64,000 bases of DNA from Antedon mediterranea (taxonomy: Eukaryota; Animalia; Echinodermata), in the NCBI RefSeq assembly GCF_964355755.1, contig NC_092677.1, positions 3,494,101 through 3,558,100 of the forward strand, given 5' to 3'. The notes under the pieces are model-generated. The model made no database searches. It saw only the letters and a list, made by a program, of their open reading frames with translations, and was not told the DNA's origin. The position numbers were made by a program, and so were the translations under genes. Shown one piece after another: positions 63,357 through 64,000 of the stretch; position 1 is the first letter of the stretch; each line of letters begins with the position of its first letter.

Positions 63357-64000
63357 GTGACTTACGTTGCGTTACGTTCTTGCATTGCGTCGATAGTGGG
63401 AACCAAGAAGGCCGGTGATTTCATCAATCACAAGTGGATTTTTAAACTGTCGCTTGTCGTTAGTCAACTCGCTTTCGTTGCATTTACGTCCTTCCGTTGC
63501 GTCTCTAAAGCTCTGTCTACACTACCAAAAAAGTGTGATACGACATCATCATGTATATATTTGGGCACACCACATTTTTGTTTGTCACATAAAGTTTGAT
63601 AGTGTAGACAGAGCTTGAGTGGGAACCACGCTTTAAGACGAGATGAACGATGACAATTAGTTTTAGTTTTACTGTTATTCTAGGATTTCTGAAACGGGCG
63701 ACGGATTTAGATGAAGAACCTAGGCCCTAGGTTTAGAGGCCTCTGCACATGCGTAGCAATAATGTTACCAATTTTAAAATGTATGTGTTATTACTACCTT
63801 TATTATTGATAAGATGTCAAGAATAAATATAACGATTTATAATTTCATGGTGGCAGGCAAACATGGGGCGCGAGACTCTAGCGATCCCCTCGAACCCTAT
63901 TTAATATACATGTAGTTTGTACTAAATCCTTTTAACACCTTTTTTTTACACTGGTCAACATCTCTAATGTAATTCCTATCATTAAGTGTAAATGTTTACT
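63357..64000 (+). repeat. Start of a further duplication unit (another MOXD1 copy is probably downstream)
   Basis: Matches 30457-31085 and 47157-47745. Confidence 0.9.

Overview
AT-rich, intron-rich animal genomic DNA, probably from a marine invertebrate (an echinoderm-like host is an inference only). From left to right: (1) a BBX-like HMG-box gene on the minus strand that runs off the window start; (2) a truncated SMARCE1/BAF57 retro-fragment fused to a repeat tail; (3) an apparently intact maelstrom (piRNA pathway) gene on the minus strand; (4) a tandem array of 13-exon DBH-like/MOXD1 copper monooxygenase genes. The array has one divergent copy (16820-30254) and two recent copies (35997-43600 and 48957-58285) that sit in ~16.2-16.7 kb repeat units, and a further unit starts at ~63357. 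Mobile DNA is dense: a near full-length CR1/L2-group LINE, a 4.06 kb Academ-type DNA transposon with a visible empty site, Kolobok transposase/KolX remnants, a Helentron-like insert, several MITE families (one carrying an expanding 21-bp minisatellite), tRNA-derived SINEs and tandem repeats. Exon boundaries were read by eye and may be off by a few bases. Family assignments come from remembered motifs, not database searches.
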